Assembly (NCBI GenBank): GCA_023701005.1
Contig: JAMPXW010000001.1
Location: 35,769 to 99,768, forward strand
Direction: 5' to 3'
DNA: 64,000 nt
DNA from: Burkholderiales bacterium
GTDB lineage: Bacteria > Patescibacteriota > Minisyncoccia > Phycocordibacterales > UBA9973
This document shows positions 10,778 through 20,900 of this stretch, in pieces. The number at the start of each line of letters is the position of its first letter. Positions within the stretch are counted from its first letter, which is position 1. The position numbers and the translations under genes were made by a program. The notes under the pieces are model-generated. The model was not told where the DNA came from. It worked only from the letters and a program-made list of their open reading frames with translations, and did no database searches.

Positions 10778-11532
10778 ATTTCTATAATCTTAGAAAACTT
10801 TTTAGGATCAAGGCTTGCTTTGCCTGGGAGTAAGCCATTTATTCCACCATCTTTCAAAAATAATTCCGCATCTTTATCATTTACAGAGCCTCCATAAATG
10901 ATTTTTACCCGGGAAGACTCACTACCAAATTTATCAGAAAGAATTTTGCGAATAAAAATAGTCATCTCTTTACAATCTTCTGGCTTAGCATCTTTTCTGT
11001 CTTTCGTGCTAGAAATAGCCCAGATGGGTTCATAAGCAATGATAACTTTAGAAATTGAATTTTTTGAAATACCATTTAAGCATTCTAATAATTGCGTCTT
11101 AACAAAATTAAAATAATTATGCTCTAAATCACGTTCACTTTCTCCTACGCACAATATAGGGATGAGGCCGGAAGCTAAAGCTCCTTTTATTTTTTTATTT
11201 ATAAAATTGTTGTTCTCCCCCATTTGACGTCTCTCTGAATGTCCTAAAATAACATATTTAATGCCTGTATTATAAAGCATCTCACTAGAAACTTCACCAG
11301 TATAAGCCCCTCCGTTTTCCCAAAATGAATCTTGGGCACCTAATTGTATTTTTCGTGATAATTTTTTTAATTTTTCTATATATAAAAATGGAGGGCAGAC
11401 AATAATATCAGTCTTTTTAATATGAGAAATCAATTTTGTAATTTCAATAAATAACTTTTCTGCTTCTTTAAAAGAAGATGGGTTCATCTTCCAATTGCCA
11501 ACAATTAATCTTTTTGTTGTTTTTTCACTCAT
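10756..11532 (-). CDS. tpiA: triosephosphate isomerase
   Basis: GNWKMN, GHSERR, AYEPIWAI, YGGSV; start set at MSEK behind a -10 box. Confidence 0.95.
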   Translation of the reverse strand: MSEKTTKRLIVGNWKMNPSSFKEAEKLFIEITKLISHIKKTDIIVCPPFLYIEKLKKLSRKIQLGAQDSFWENGGAYTGEVSSEMLYNTGIKYVILGHSERRQMGENNNFINKKIKGALASGLIPILCVGESERDLEHNYFNFVKTQLLECLNGISKNSISKVIIAYEPIWAISSTKDRKDAKPEDCKEMTIFIRKILSDKFGSESSRVKIIYGGSVNDKDAELFLKDGGINGLLPGKASLDPKKFSKIIEICETLNK

Positions 11533-11554
11533 ATTTAGATTATAACATACCTTT

Positions 11555-13312
11555 TTATTTCTCTCCCCAACTCTCAACAGCAAAAGAACCAGATGGCCCA
11601 CTAGAAAAATTATTATTAGTTAGGCCAGATTCATAAGTGATGCTAGAACCTCCGGAAACAATTATTTTATAACCAGTAGCTTCTTTAAGAGAAGCTCCTC
11701 CTGAAATTGTGATGGTTCCCGAGGGTGCATATACTATGACAGCACCTGCACCTCCAGAAACAGACATTGCACTAGTACTAGAACTCGTAGAAAGCATCAT
11801 CAAATAACTACCAGCTGTCCCAGAGCCAGTAGCATGCCCTCCTCCTGAAATAACAACAGTTCCATCATTAATGATAACTCCATCATTTGTTCCATAACTC
11901 GAAGCAAGTTTGATCTCTGCTCCACCATTAAGAACAATATTACCCGTCACCCACAATGTACCTGTAATAGTTAAAATTCCACCCCCTGAAACTGTCAAAT
12001 TACCTACTATCTTTCTAGGACCCAAGGTAGCACCAGCCCAACCAACAGAATAATCACCATTATAAACACCGCCCGCTTCTGCCTCAGATTTCCATTCAGT
12101 CATATTTGCGTCCGATACGGGAAATGCTACATAAACCGGATCATCCTGATAAGTACAAGATTTATTGTTCCCCGTTCCACTCTGACAATAAATATTACCC
12201 GTGGCATTGGTATAATTTACAGTATGAGCTTGAGCTGAACCAGAAATTGTACCAACGTGAAGTTGATTCCATTGACTAAGAGAGTTCCCTTGAATTAAAC
12301 CAGTAAAACCTCCCAAATAAATAGAAAAATAATAATCCAAACCAGAAGGAGTAGTATTGTTCCAAGTGCTACCTACTTGACCTATCTTGCCTAATCCATC
12401 TGCATAAGTATTACTCAATGCTCCTATCGTATAATATTTTGTACTTGATGTACCAGCATCAACAACTAGCCAATATGTCACACCTGTGTCTAGCAATGGG
12501 TTAGAATTAAAAGTGACATCTACCCACCCATAAGAAGTCGTCACCAAAGAAGCAGTGAGAGTACCCGTAGCTAAAATCGTCGTTCCTGGATTACCAGCGT
12601 TATCATTTACTATTTTCACTGTCGCATTACTTGGAGTGCCAGTCTTTTTTATATAAAGTTGAATTTTATTTAATGGACTCTCTACTGAAACCTGAAAACT
12701 CTGAGCTATATCTTGAGTAGCACTCGCATTACCAAATGCTACATTGTAAGTAGGGACACCAGAGCCATTTGTCTCTTCTGCTGCGAGAGCAGGGCTATTT
12801 GCTGAAATAGCCGTACCTGTGATAATAGCAGAGCTATCTCCTGTGATTGGTCCATTTGCATATACATTTCCATTTACAGTACCACTGCCCGTAAGATTAA
12901 TTCCTCCCTGTCCTACTTGAACACCATAATTAAAAGAAACTCCTGTGCTCGTAGAGAGAGTGATGCTGGTTTGTCTTTCATAATTTGAAACATCTCCTAA
13001 AGAAGTTATCTGTGTTGTGTCTCCACCTAAAGAAGTGATAGAAGTAGTGGCTGTGTTTGAATCTAAGGTAATCGTCTCTGTCGTTCCTATTGGTTTATTT
13101 TTGATCAATCTATAAAAAGCATCTTCACTACCTGACTCAGATAAGAAAAAAGATTTCTTAGAATTTAAACTAACATTCGCATTTTTAAATTCTCTCACGG
13201 ATGGCGAAACGAGCCCTGATGTTATCGCCAAAGAGATAAAAAGAAAAAACACAATCGATATCAACATCGCTGCACCTTTTTGTTTATTTATTTTTTTAAA
13301 ATCTTTTAACAT
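11555..13312 (-). CDS. PilX-like minor pilin with large beta-rich domain
   Basis: KG|AAMLI prepilin-like start lacking E5, SFFLSESGSEDA PilX-type helix; last gene of the pilus operon. Confidence 0.7.
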   Translation of the reverse strand: MLKDFKKINKQKGAAMLISIVFFLFISLAITSGLVSPSVREFKNANVSLNSKKSFFLSESGSEDAFYRLIKNKPIGTTETITLDSNTATTSITSLGGDTTQITSLGDVSNYERQTSITLSTSTGVSFNYGVQVGQGGINLTGSGTVNGNVYANGPITGDSSAIITGTAISANSPALAAEETNGSGVPTYNVAFGNASATQDIAQSFQVSVESPLNKIQLYIKKTGTPSNATVKIVNDNAGNPGTTILATGTLTASLVTTSYGWVDVTFNSNPLLDTGVTYWLVVDAGTSSTKYYTIGALSNTYADGLGKIGQVGSTWNNTTPSGLDYYFSIYLGGFTGLIQGNSLSQWNQLHVGTISGSAQAHTVNYTNATGNIYCQSGTGNNKSCTYQDDPVYVAFPVSDANMTEWKSEAEAGGVYNGDYSVGWAGATLGPRKIVGNLTVSGGGILTITGTLWVTGNIVLNGGAEIKLASSYGTNDGVIINDGTVVISGGGHATGSGTAGSYLMMLSTSSSTSAMSVSGGAGAVIVYAPSGTITISGGASLKEATGYKIIVSGGSSITYESGLTNNNFSSGPSGSFAVESWGEK

Positions 13313-13316
13313 AATT

Positions 13317-13847
13317 TTAATAATCTCCTCTAAGCACTACTGTATTATAAAAATCTTGCACTCTATTTAAAGCGTCATGATTTGATCTAAGAGATAAAAG
13401 TATTTTTATTGCTGACCCTTTCGTCGTGTTTATCTGAGTAAACGATAAATTTGTGACAGATATATTGGCAGTATTTAAATTGCCTACAAAAGAATCATTT
13501 TCTAAAAGTCTTATATCAGAACCAGACAAAGTAAATGTGACAGTTTTACTTACTCCATCAGCATCTTTAGTATTAAGTTTTAAACTAGTAGAAGTTATAG
13601 AATTTATTCCATAAGCATTTCTTATATCTCTAGACATTCTTTCCATCACATCTCCTCCTTGCATGAGTTCTCCATACATGGCTGTCTCTTTAAAAGACTG
13701 GGTCATCGTAATGAGAGCATTGATGACAGCGATAGAAAGGATAGCAAAAAGAACAATATAAAAAATTGTTTCTAACACTGCATAACCCCCGCTTCGCTGA
13801 AGCTTCGCAGAGCAGGCTTTATTTGTTTTTTTTGTATTATTCTTCAT
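13317..13847 (-). CDS. PilW/GspJ-like minor pilin
   Basis: GG|YAVLE class III signal, MERMSRDIRNA. Confidence 0.75.
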   Translation of the reverse strand: MKNNTKKTNKACSAKLQRSGGYAVLETIFYIVLFAILSIAVINALITMTQSFKETAMYGELMQGGDVMERMSRDIRNAYGINSITSTSLKLNTKDADGVSKTVTFTLSGSDIRLLENDSFVGNLNTANISVTNLSFTQINTTKGSAIKILLSLRSNHDALNRVQDFYNTVVLRGDY

Positions 13848-13852
13848 AATTT

Positions 13853-14389
13853 TTATGATGAAAAAATATCCATTATATAAAAAGATAATGATTTATTTAA
13901 AGTCACCCCTCCTTCGAGCCAAGAAACATTCACTGTTATCAATTTTGTACCTGTATCATCAACTCCACCAGATGAAACGATGTCTCCTGTGGTAGCATCA
14001 CGACTCACATTAGCTATAGTGACAGTGCGAGTGAAAGACCCAATATCAGAAGATGTTGTAGACAGAGACCAAGAAGAAGAATAAGTAGGATAATAATTAG
14101 TCCCAACAGCCAAAGAAGAAATATTGGTCCAATTACTATCTCTCAAAATGCGTACGATTTCTGCTCCTTCTTCAAGCAAGAATGAAGCTTGAGATGTATG
14201 CAATGCTTGCCTGGAAACATAAACTGATTTTTGTGTCACAGACATAGCAGCCAAAACAGAAACTATTATAATGGCCGTCGCCACTACGACCTCTACCAGC
14301 ATAAACCCCCGCTTGCTTTGCGAGCTCACACCTTTTTGAATAAAAGGTATGGGGGTAAAATCTTTATTTTTTTTAAAAAAATTATTCAT
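13853..14389 (-). CDS. PilV/GspI-like minor pilin
   Basis: RG|FMLVEV class III signal, ASFLLEEGAE. Confidence 0.78.
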   Translation of the reverse strand: MNNFFKKNKDFTPIPFIQKGVSSQSKRGFMLVEVVVATAIIIVSVLAAMSVTQKSVYVSRQALHTSQASFLLEEGAEIVRILRDSNWTNISSLAVGTNYYPTYSSSWSLSTTSSDIGSFTRTVTIANVSRDATTGDIVSSGGVDDTGTKLITVNVSWLEGGVTLNKSLSFYIMDIFSS

Positions 14390-14390
14390 T

Positions 14391-14858
14391 TTAATTTAAA
14401 CTGAATGAACCTGTGCTAGATATAGTGATAATTTTAGAAAGTGATGGTGTAGATATGGTTATGGTTCCAACCTTGCTTGGAACTCCAGACAATCTTTCAA
14501 AATACAAATCCCCTTCTGTAGAACTCACCCCAGCCAAAGTGACATTAGAAATATTAGCTGGAGAAATTATATTTACTGTCTTATTCTCTGCTGAATTCAC
14601 ATCATAAATTTTGCCCTTAAAAATTATAATTCTATCAGACTGAAAACGTACTCCATATTCACTGGAATCAACAGAAGCCAGGCTTTGAGCTTGTGCGTTG
14701 TTCATCGAAGAAGTGATATCTCCAACAGCATTTTTTAAAACCTGATTTTCTCTCATCTCAGAAAATTGTGGGATCGTAATCAAAAATATAATAGCCAAAA
14801 TAGCTATCGTTATTAATATTTCCACAACACTCATTCCTTTTTTATAAAAATTTTGCAT
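14391..14858 (-). CDS. FimT/GspH-like minor pilin
   Basis: KG|MSVVEIL class III signal. Confidence 0.75.
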   Translation of the reverse strand: MQNFYKKGMSVVEILITIAILAIIFLITIPQFSEMRENQVLKNAVGDITSSMNNAQAQSLASVDSSEYGVRFQSDRIIIFKGKIYDVNSAENKTVNIISPANISNVTLAGVSSTEGDLYFERLSGVPSKVGTITISTPSLSKIITISSTGSFSLN

Positions 14859-14860
14859 AT

Positions 14861-16078
14861 TTACTTAATATTATCCATTATAGAATACAAAGGTGAAATC
14901 ATCGAGATAGCAAAGAAGCCTACAGCTCCTCCGATGAACAGCATCAAAACTGGCTCAATAACAATAGAAAGATTTTTTGTTTTATTTTCTATCTCTCCTT
15001 CATAAAAAGCAGCTACTTGAAATAACATGTCGGAAAGTTTACCCGTCTCTTCTCCGACTTCTATCATCTCCGTCATCATCACAGGATAAAGTTCTGGATG
15101 TTCTTCAAAAGCTTTCGAAAAAGGAGATCCTTTTTCTATTTGTATTTTAGCTTCATCTAAAACTTTTTTATAATACATATTTTGAACGACGTCCTGTGTA
15201 ATCTCAATCGCACGAATAATAGAAACTCCCGACAAAAGCAAAGAAGACATAGTGCGTGTAGTACGAGCTGTGTTTAACTCTTTTGATAATTTACCAACTA
15301 TCGGAAGTCTTATTATCGCATAATCGACATACTTAGTCATAAAAGGAGCTCGCAAGAAAGAAAAAATACCAAAAGCTGAACCAAAAATCAAGACCAAAGA
15401 CAATATCAAATATTCAGAAAAGAAATTACCAAGAGCGATTATCAATTTTGTAGAAGCTGGCAAATCTACTCCGAGTTCTTTGAAAGTATTAGCAAGAGTA
15501 GGTACGACAAAAGCAAACATCAATACTCCTATCAGAACCATGGCAGACAAAATGACTCCTGGATAAATTAAAGCTCCTTTTATTTTTTTAGTTAGAGAAT
15601 GAGCCTTTTCTAAGTTTGAACCAACTTCAGACAAAGCTCCTGCCAAATCTCCCGATTCTTCCCCAGCACGAGACATAGATACAAAAAGTTTTGAGAAAAC
15701 ATCAGGAAACTTTGCCAAGCCTGTCGATAAAGTTCCTCCCGCATTTATTTCATCGCTCAAAGAAGCCAAAATCTTATCTAATTTTGGATTCTTGGTTTGT
15801 TTTCTCAAAACCGATAATGCTCTAAACAAAGAAAGTCCTGCCCTCAACATCCCACTCAGATTTTTAGTAAGAAGTATTTGCTCTTCTATTTTTACTTTTG
15901 AAAAAAATTTTCCAAATAAAGAATTTATGTCAAAAGATTTTTCACTTTTTTCTATTATAGAAATAGGTGTATTGCCTTTAGACTTCAATTCGCGAGAAAG
16001 AGAAAACCGATCAGCGGCTTCCATTGTCCCTTCTAATATCTCACCATTTTTTAATTTTGCTTTGTATGTAAATAACAT
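14861..16078 (-). CDS. pilC: type IV pilus platform protein (PilC/GspF)
   Basis: Two T2SSF domains: AGEESG, VGEETGKL, IEP. Confidence 0.9.
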   Translation of the reverse strand: MLFTYKAKLKNGEILEGTMEAADRFSLSRELKSKGNTPISIIEKSEKSFDINSLFGKFFSKVKIEEQILLTKNLSGMLRAGLSLFRALSVLRKQTKNPKLDKILASLSDEINAGGTLSTGLAKFPDVFSKLFVSMSRAGEESGDLAGALSEVGSNLEKAHSLTKKIKGALIYPGVILSAMVLIGVLMFAFVVPTLANTFKELGVDLPASTKLIIALGNFFSEYLILSLVLIFGSAFGIFSFLRAPFMTKYVDYAIIRLPIVGKLSKELNTARTTRTMSSLLLSGVSIIRAIEITQDVVQNMYYKKVLDEAKIQIEKGSPFSKAFEEHPELYPVMMTEMIEVGEETGKLSDMLFQVAAFYEGEIENKTKNLSIVIEPVLMLFIGGAVGFFAISMISPLYSIMDNIK

Positions 16079-16083
16079 GATTA

Positions 16084-17835
16084 CTATTCAGAGACAACTC
16101 TAAATACTTCTTCCAAACTCGTCATACCCAAAACAGCTTGAAAAACTCCATCCTCTAATATTGTCATCATTCCCTCTCTCTTAGCTTGTTCTTCTATTTC
16201 ATCTTGAGAACTCCCACGAATGATCAATTCTTTTATTGATGTAGTCACTTTCAAAACTTCATGTATACCAATACGATTTGAATATCCATCAGAAGATTCA
16301 GCACTCTTTACTGGTTTATAAAAAGGAACTTGTTCCCAAGTGTCGTCTGGGCCTATCAATTTTTCATCTTTCAACATTTTTAACATTCTATCTAGGTCCA
16401 CCAATTTAGCTAAATTTTTTATCTCGTCTTTTGACAAAAAATACTTTTCTTTATTTGCGGTAAGTTTTCTAACTAACCTTTGAGCAATAATCGTTTTAAC
16501 TGTAGAAATAATAAGAAACGGCAACACTCCCATATCTATCATTCTAGGAATAGCGCCAGCAGCCGAGTTGGTGTGTATGGTAGACAAAACCAAGTGCCCC
16601 GTGAGTGCAGCATTAATGGCAAGACTTGCTGTCTCTCCATCACGGATCTCTCCTACCATCATTATGTCTGGGTCTTGACGCAAGAGTGATCGCAAACCAT
16701 TTGCGAAAGTTAAACCTATTTCTGGTTTTACTTGTGTTTGATTGACTCTAGGCATTTGATATTCTATCGGATCTTCAACTGTCGAAATATTTACTTCAGG
16801 TCTATTCAAAATATCCAACATTGTGTAAAGTGTCGTCGTCTTACCAGAACCAGTAGGTCCCGTCGCGAGCACCATTCCTATTCTTTGTTTTAAAGATTCA
16901 TGAATTCTCTCCAACCCCTCCCCATGAAAACCAAGAGAATCAAGAGAAAATCCATGAGAACTTTCTTTCAATATTCTTATAACAGTTTTCTCTCCATAAA
17001 AGGTAGGCAAGGTAGAAACACGAAAAGAAATTTTTTCTCCATTTTGTTCTATCTTAAATCTCCCATCTTGAGGTAGCCTTTTTTCATCCAATTTTAAATT
17101 TGCTAAAACTTTTATACGTGTAGTTATGCCCGGACCGGTATTTTTATCTAAAATCATAGCATCGTGTAATATGCCATCTATCCTATATCTAACGATAAGC
17201 TCTTTCTCTCCTGGTTCGATGTGTATATCTGAAGTATTTTGCAAAATAGCATGGAAGATTAGAGAATCAACAATTTTTATCACCGGCAAATCTTCCGCGA
17301 GTGCTTTCAACTCAGCTTCTGTTTTCTCTCCTTCTTTTTTATTTACATCAGTATTTAAAGATAGTGTTTCTTTTTGAATAATATTATCAAAATCTGCCTG
17401 TAAACTTTTTCTGTATTGGACCAAAGCAGCTTTTATGGAAGCACTGTCTGTAATTCTAGGAAGAATCCTTTCTCCTGAACGTTTCTTTATAAAATCTATC
17501 ATTGGTAAATCATCAACATCAAGCATCGCTACCTCTAAACCTACATCACTTTTTTCATATGCAATAATATTATGATTCCTAGCAATAGGTTCAGGAATTA
17601 GAGAAAGAATAGAAAAATCAATTTTTTTCTTTAATAAAGAAACAAATGGTATTTCCAAAACATAAGCTTCCATTCTTTTCAAATCCGTTTCTGAAATTTT
17701 GCCATCTGAAAGTAAAACATCACTTAATTTTTGTTTAGATTCTTCTGCTTTTTTTACCATTTCATCCAAAACAGAACGTGTGACAATTCCAGAATCTAAA
17801 ACAACTTTTTTAAATTGCTCTTCATTAATTTGCAT
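16084..17835 (-). CDS. pilB: type IV pilus extension ATPase (PilB/GspE)
   Basis: SDIHIEP, PQDGR, Walker A GPTGSGKT, LRQDPD, GEIRD, TGHLVLST. Confidence 0.93.
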   Translation of the reverse strand: MQINEEQFKKVVLDSGIVTRSVLDEMVKKAEESKQKLSDVLLSDGKISETDLKRMEAYVLEIPFVSLLKKKIDFSILSLIPEPIARNHNIIAYEKSDVGLEVAMLDVDDLPMIDFIKKRSGERILPRITDSASIKAALVQYRKSLQADFDNIIQKETLSLNTDVNKKEGEKTEAELKALAEDLPVIKIVDSLIFHAILQNTSDIHIEPGEKELIVRYRIDGILHDAMILDKNTGPGITTRIKVLANLKLDEKRLPQDGRFKIEQNGEKISFRVSTLPTFYGEKTVIRILKESSHGFSLDSLGFHGEGLERIHESLKQRIGMVLATGPTGSGKTTTLYTMLDILNRPEVNISTVEDPIEYQMPRVNQTQVKPEIGLTFANGLRSLLRQDPDIMMVGEIRDGETASLAINAALTGHLVLSTIHTNSAAGAIPRMIDMGVLPFLIISTVKTIIAQRLVRKLTANKEKYFLSKDEIKNLAKLVDLDRMLKMLKDEKLIGPDDTWEQVPFYKPVKSAESSDGYSNRIGIHEVLKVTTSIKELIIRGSSQDEIEEQAKREGMMTILEDGVFQAVLGMTSLEEVFRVVSE

Positions 17836-17847
17836 AAATATATTATA

Positions 17848-17880
17848 ACAAAAAATCCTCCGAAAAGGAGGATTTTTTGT
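17848..17880. terminator. intrinsic terminator of the large surface protein gene
   Basis: ACAAAAAATCCTCC-GAAAA-GGAGGATTTTTTGT perfect hairpin. Confidence 0.75.
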
Positions 17881-17900
17881 TAATTAATATTTTAATAAAA

Positions 17901-20900
17901 TTAATTTTCTTTGTAACCAGGTTTTTTCTCTCCTACTGTCACTGTGACTGTCGAATCAGCTGTTATAAAAGAAGTAGTATTCTCACAACTAATTCTGTAA
18001 GTAGTAGTTTGTGTCGGACTAACTATCACCCCAACACTATTACTAACAGCACCTCCTGTATTAAAACCTGCGGTCAAACTTGTACACGTGTCAGCATGCA
18101 TAGTAGACCATTTAATTGTTGAAGATTCACCCTTGACTATAGTTATGGGATCAGCTGTAAATGAAATTATAGTAGGTGCTGGAGGTGGAAATGTTGTACA
18201 AGTTGGAGGATTAGTAGCACTATTTATACATAACCCAGAACTATTTACAGTACAAGCTGAATAATTCACTGCTCCGTTACTACAAGTAGGAGTGTCACTT
18301 ACTATCACTGTAAATGCACTTGTATCTGTTTCTCCAGTTGAATCTTTTAAAGCTTGTATAGAATATCCATATGTATTAGCAATATCTGGAGCTGCTATCA
18401 GCATACTTCCCCTACATGGTGAATATGAATTAAGAGGTGTGCCAACATTGTCTAACAATCTACAACTAGCAGGACCATCTGTTACGGTATAGGTTGCAGA
18501 AATTGTCCTGTCTGGCAATGTTACTGAATATGTTGTTGGATTTACAGAAATATCAAAAGTAGGAATAGGTGCATCATTTACCGTCACCGTAAACATATCA
18601 CTTGTACTTGTTTCTCCCGTCGAAGCTTTAGTTGCTCTCATATAGTATCCATAAACTCCAGCTGCCGCCGGTGTATCATAAGTTATTGGACTAGTACAAG
18701 AAATATCTGTTTTAAGAGTAGCTTGATTATTATCAAGCAAGTAACAATCAGTATTAGTTCCCGTACCATTAGTCAAAGTATACGAAGCACTAAATGCTGT
18801 CGTTGGAAGTGTAATAGTAGAATTTGCTGGAGTCGAAATACTTAAAGGATTTGTAAATACATCACATGTTGGATAATTTGTAGCTCCGTTTGCACAAGTG
18901 TTGGCACTGAATGTCGCTGTCACTGTACAATTTGCAGTGATAGCTCCTGTAGTATAAGTATTTCCACTAAGTGTTCCGCTACAACCAGAAACTGTGTTTA
19001 TAGAATAATCAGTATTTGGAGTGACGGTAAATGTAGTGGTTAATCCATAAGCAACAGTTCTTGAAGCTGGAGTAATAGCTCCGCCCGTTCCCGCTGTTCC
19101 CGTGACTGTATAAGATTTACATGCTCCCGCAGTTGGATTCCACGCAGTGCCCGAAGCACAAGCAGCGACGGTAGCAGCTGCTCCAGAAGCAGAAGCCAAC
19201 AATTGTCCATTATTATAAAGATAAAAATCTCTTGAAGGATAGGGAATAGTTACTGAGCCACTTCCTGAATTCCCTGTATAAACTGTAGTATTAGCACTAG
19301 GATATGAAGAAGTCACAGCAGATGTTCCTTGAGGATTTGTAGTACTCCAAACAGCAGTCGAAGTACAAGACGAAGCATTGGCAAGAATTGTACAATCTGG
19401 AACAGAAAGAGTTCCTGACATTGTTTTGACTTCAGTACAACTTGCATTAGCTCCTCCATTTAAACCACTACAAATCCATCCGTAATTTGTATTTAAATTA
19501 CTGTAACTTACTGTATTGGTGCCTCCCGTACTTGTTCCCGCAAGATTTGTTCCTGCTGTACAACCATAATGGGCTACTGCACACACACCATTTACTGGCG
19601 CAGAACCTACAGTAACTGTTACAGAACGAGTTACACTTCCTCCCAGCCCAGTACATTCAAGAGTATAAGTTTTTGATGATGTTAAAGCTCCTGTAGAAAC
19701 ATTAGTCCCTGAAGTAGCTTTCGTTCCTGTCCATGCATCACTAGCAGTACATGTTGTAGCATCTGTTGTAGACCAAGTTAAATAAGACGTCCCATTGTAT
19801 ACAATAGAAGGTGGGTTTGCTGAGAAATTAAGAGTCGGAGCTGGTGACAAAGTTGTAAAATATCCTTCTGTTGAATATCCATATCCTGTAGTATTTCTGG
19901 CATATCCTTTAAATCTGTAGTCAGTACCTGAGCTCAAACCAGTGACATTGACAAAAAATGCTCCTGTCGAAGTACCTCCTTCGACTGCACAATTTCCAGC
20001 AGTATAGACACCGCTACTCAATCTCCAACATATTCCACGTTCTGAAATAGAAGCAGGAACACCCAAAGATGAAACATTTGCTCCTAAAGTTACAGAAGAT
20101 AAACCAACGGAAGAATCAGTGGGATAAATAACTGTAGGCACAGCATTAGTAGTACATGCGCTTCCCGTCCATGTCGTTCCTGTAGCACAAACAGCGGATA
20201 TAGTTAAAGGACCACTCAACAAAACAGCATTATTGTAGAGATAAAAACTTCTAGATGGATAATGAATAGTAGCTATCACATCTCCAGAATTTCCAGAGCC
20301 AACCAAAGTACTGACCGTGGTGCCTGAATTATTGGTAGGACTATAAACTGCAGAAGTGGCTTGAGGATTGACTGTATTCCACATAATTGAATTTAAACTA
20401 CAAGTACTATTACCAGCAGAAATAGTACAAGAGGTGCTTCCATCTTCTGACCACAAAGTTCCACTCATTGGAGGTGTCGTAACAGTGACTGTCGTAAAAT
20501 CTCCACAGTTATTATTTTCATTTGATTCAGTAATAGATCCAACAAATGATGCATTATTATCAGCACAAGCTCTTATATAATAAGTCCCAGAACTCGAAAA
20601 AGTGAACGATGCGCCTACTGTCTTACTTTCATTCACAGCAAAAGCTGTAGAAGTCGTAGCGACTTTACCTGTCCCATTTACAAGTTGAAAATAATGATTG
20701 ATAGATGTAGCACTAGTAGCACTAGTTCCTATATTGCTTATGTCTGCAGAAAATGTCGTCGCTACATTCGTACTAGCTGATGAAGGAGTCACACTTCCGG
20801 CTGTCAGATCTGGAAAAGTAGGAGCTGCTTCTACAATAACATTAACTGTATCTTCTGCAGTAATCGAAGAATTGTCTGCTTTCTTGCCAACAGCTGTAAC

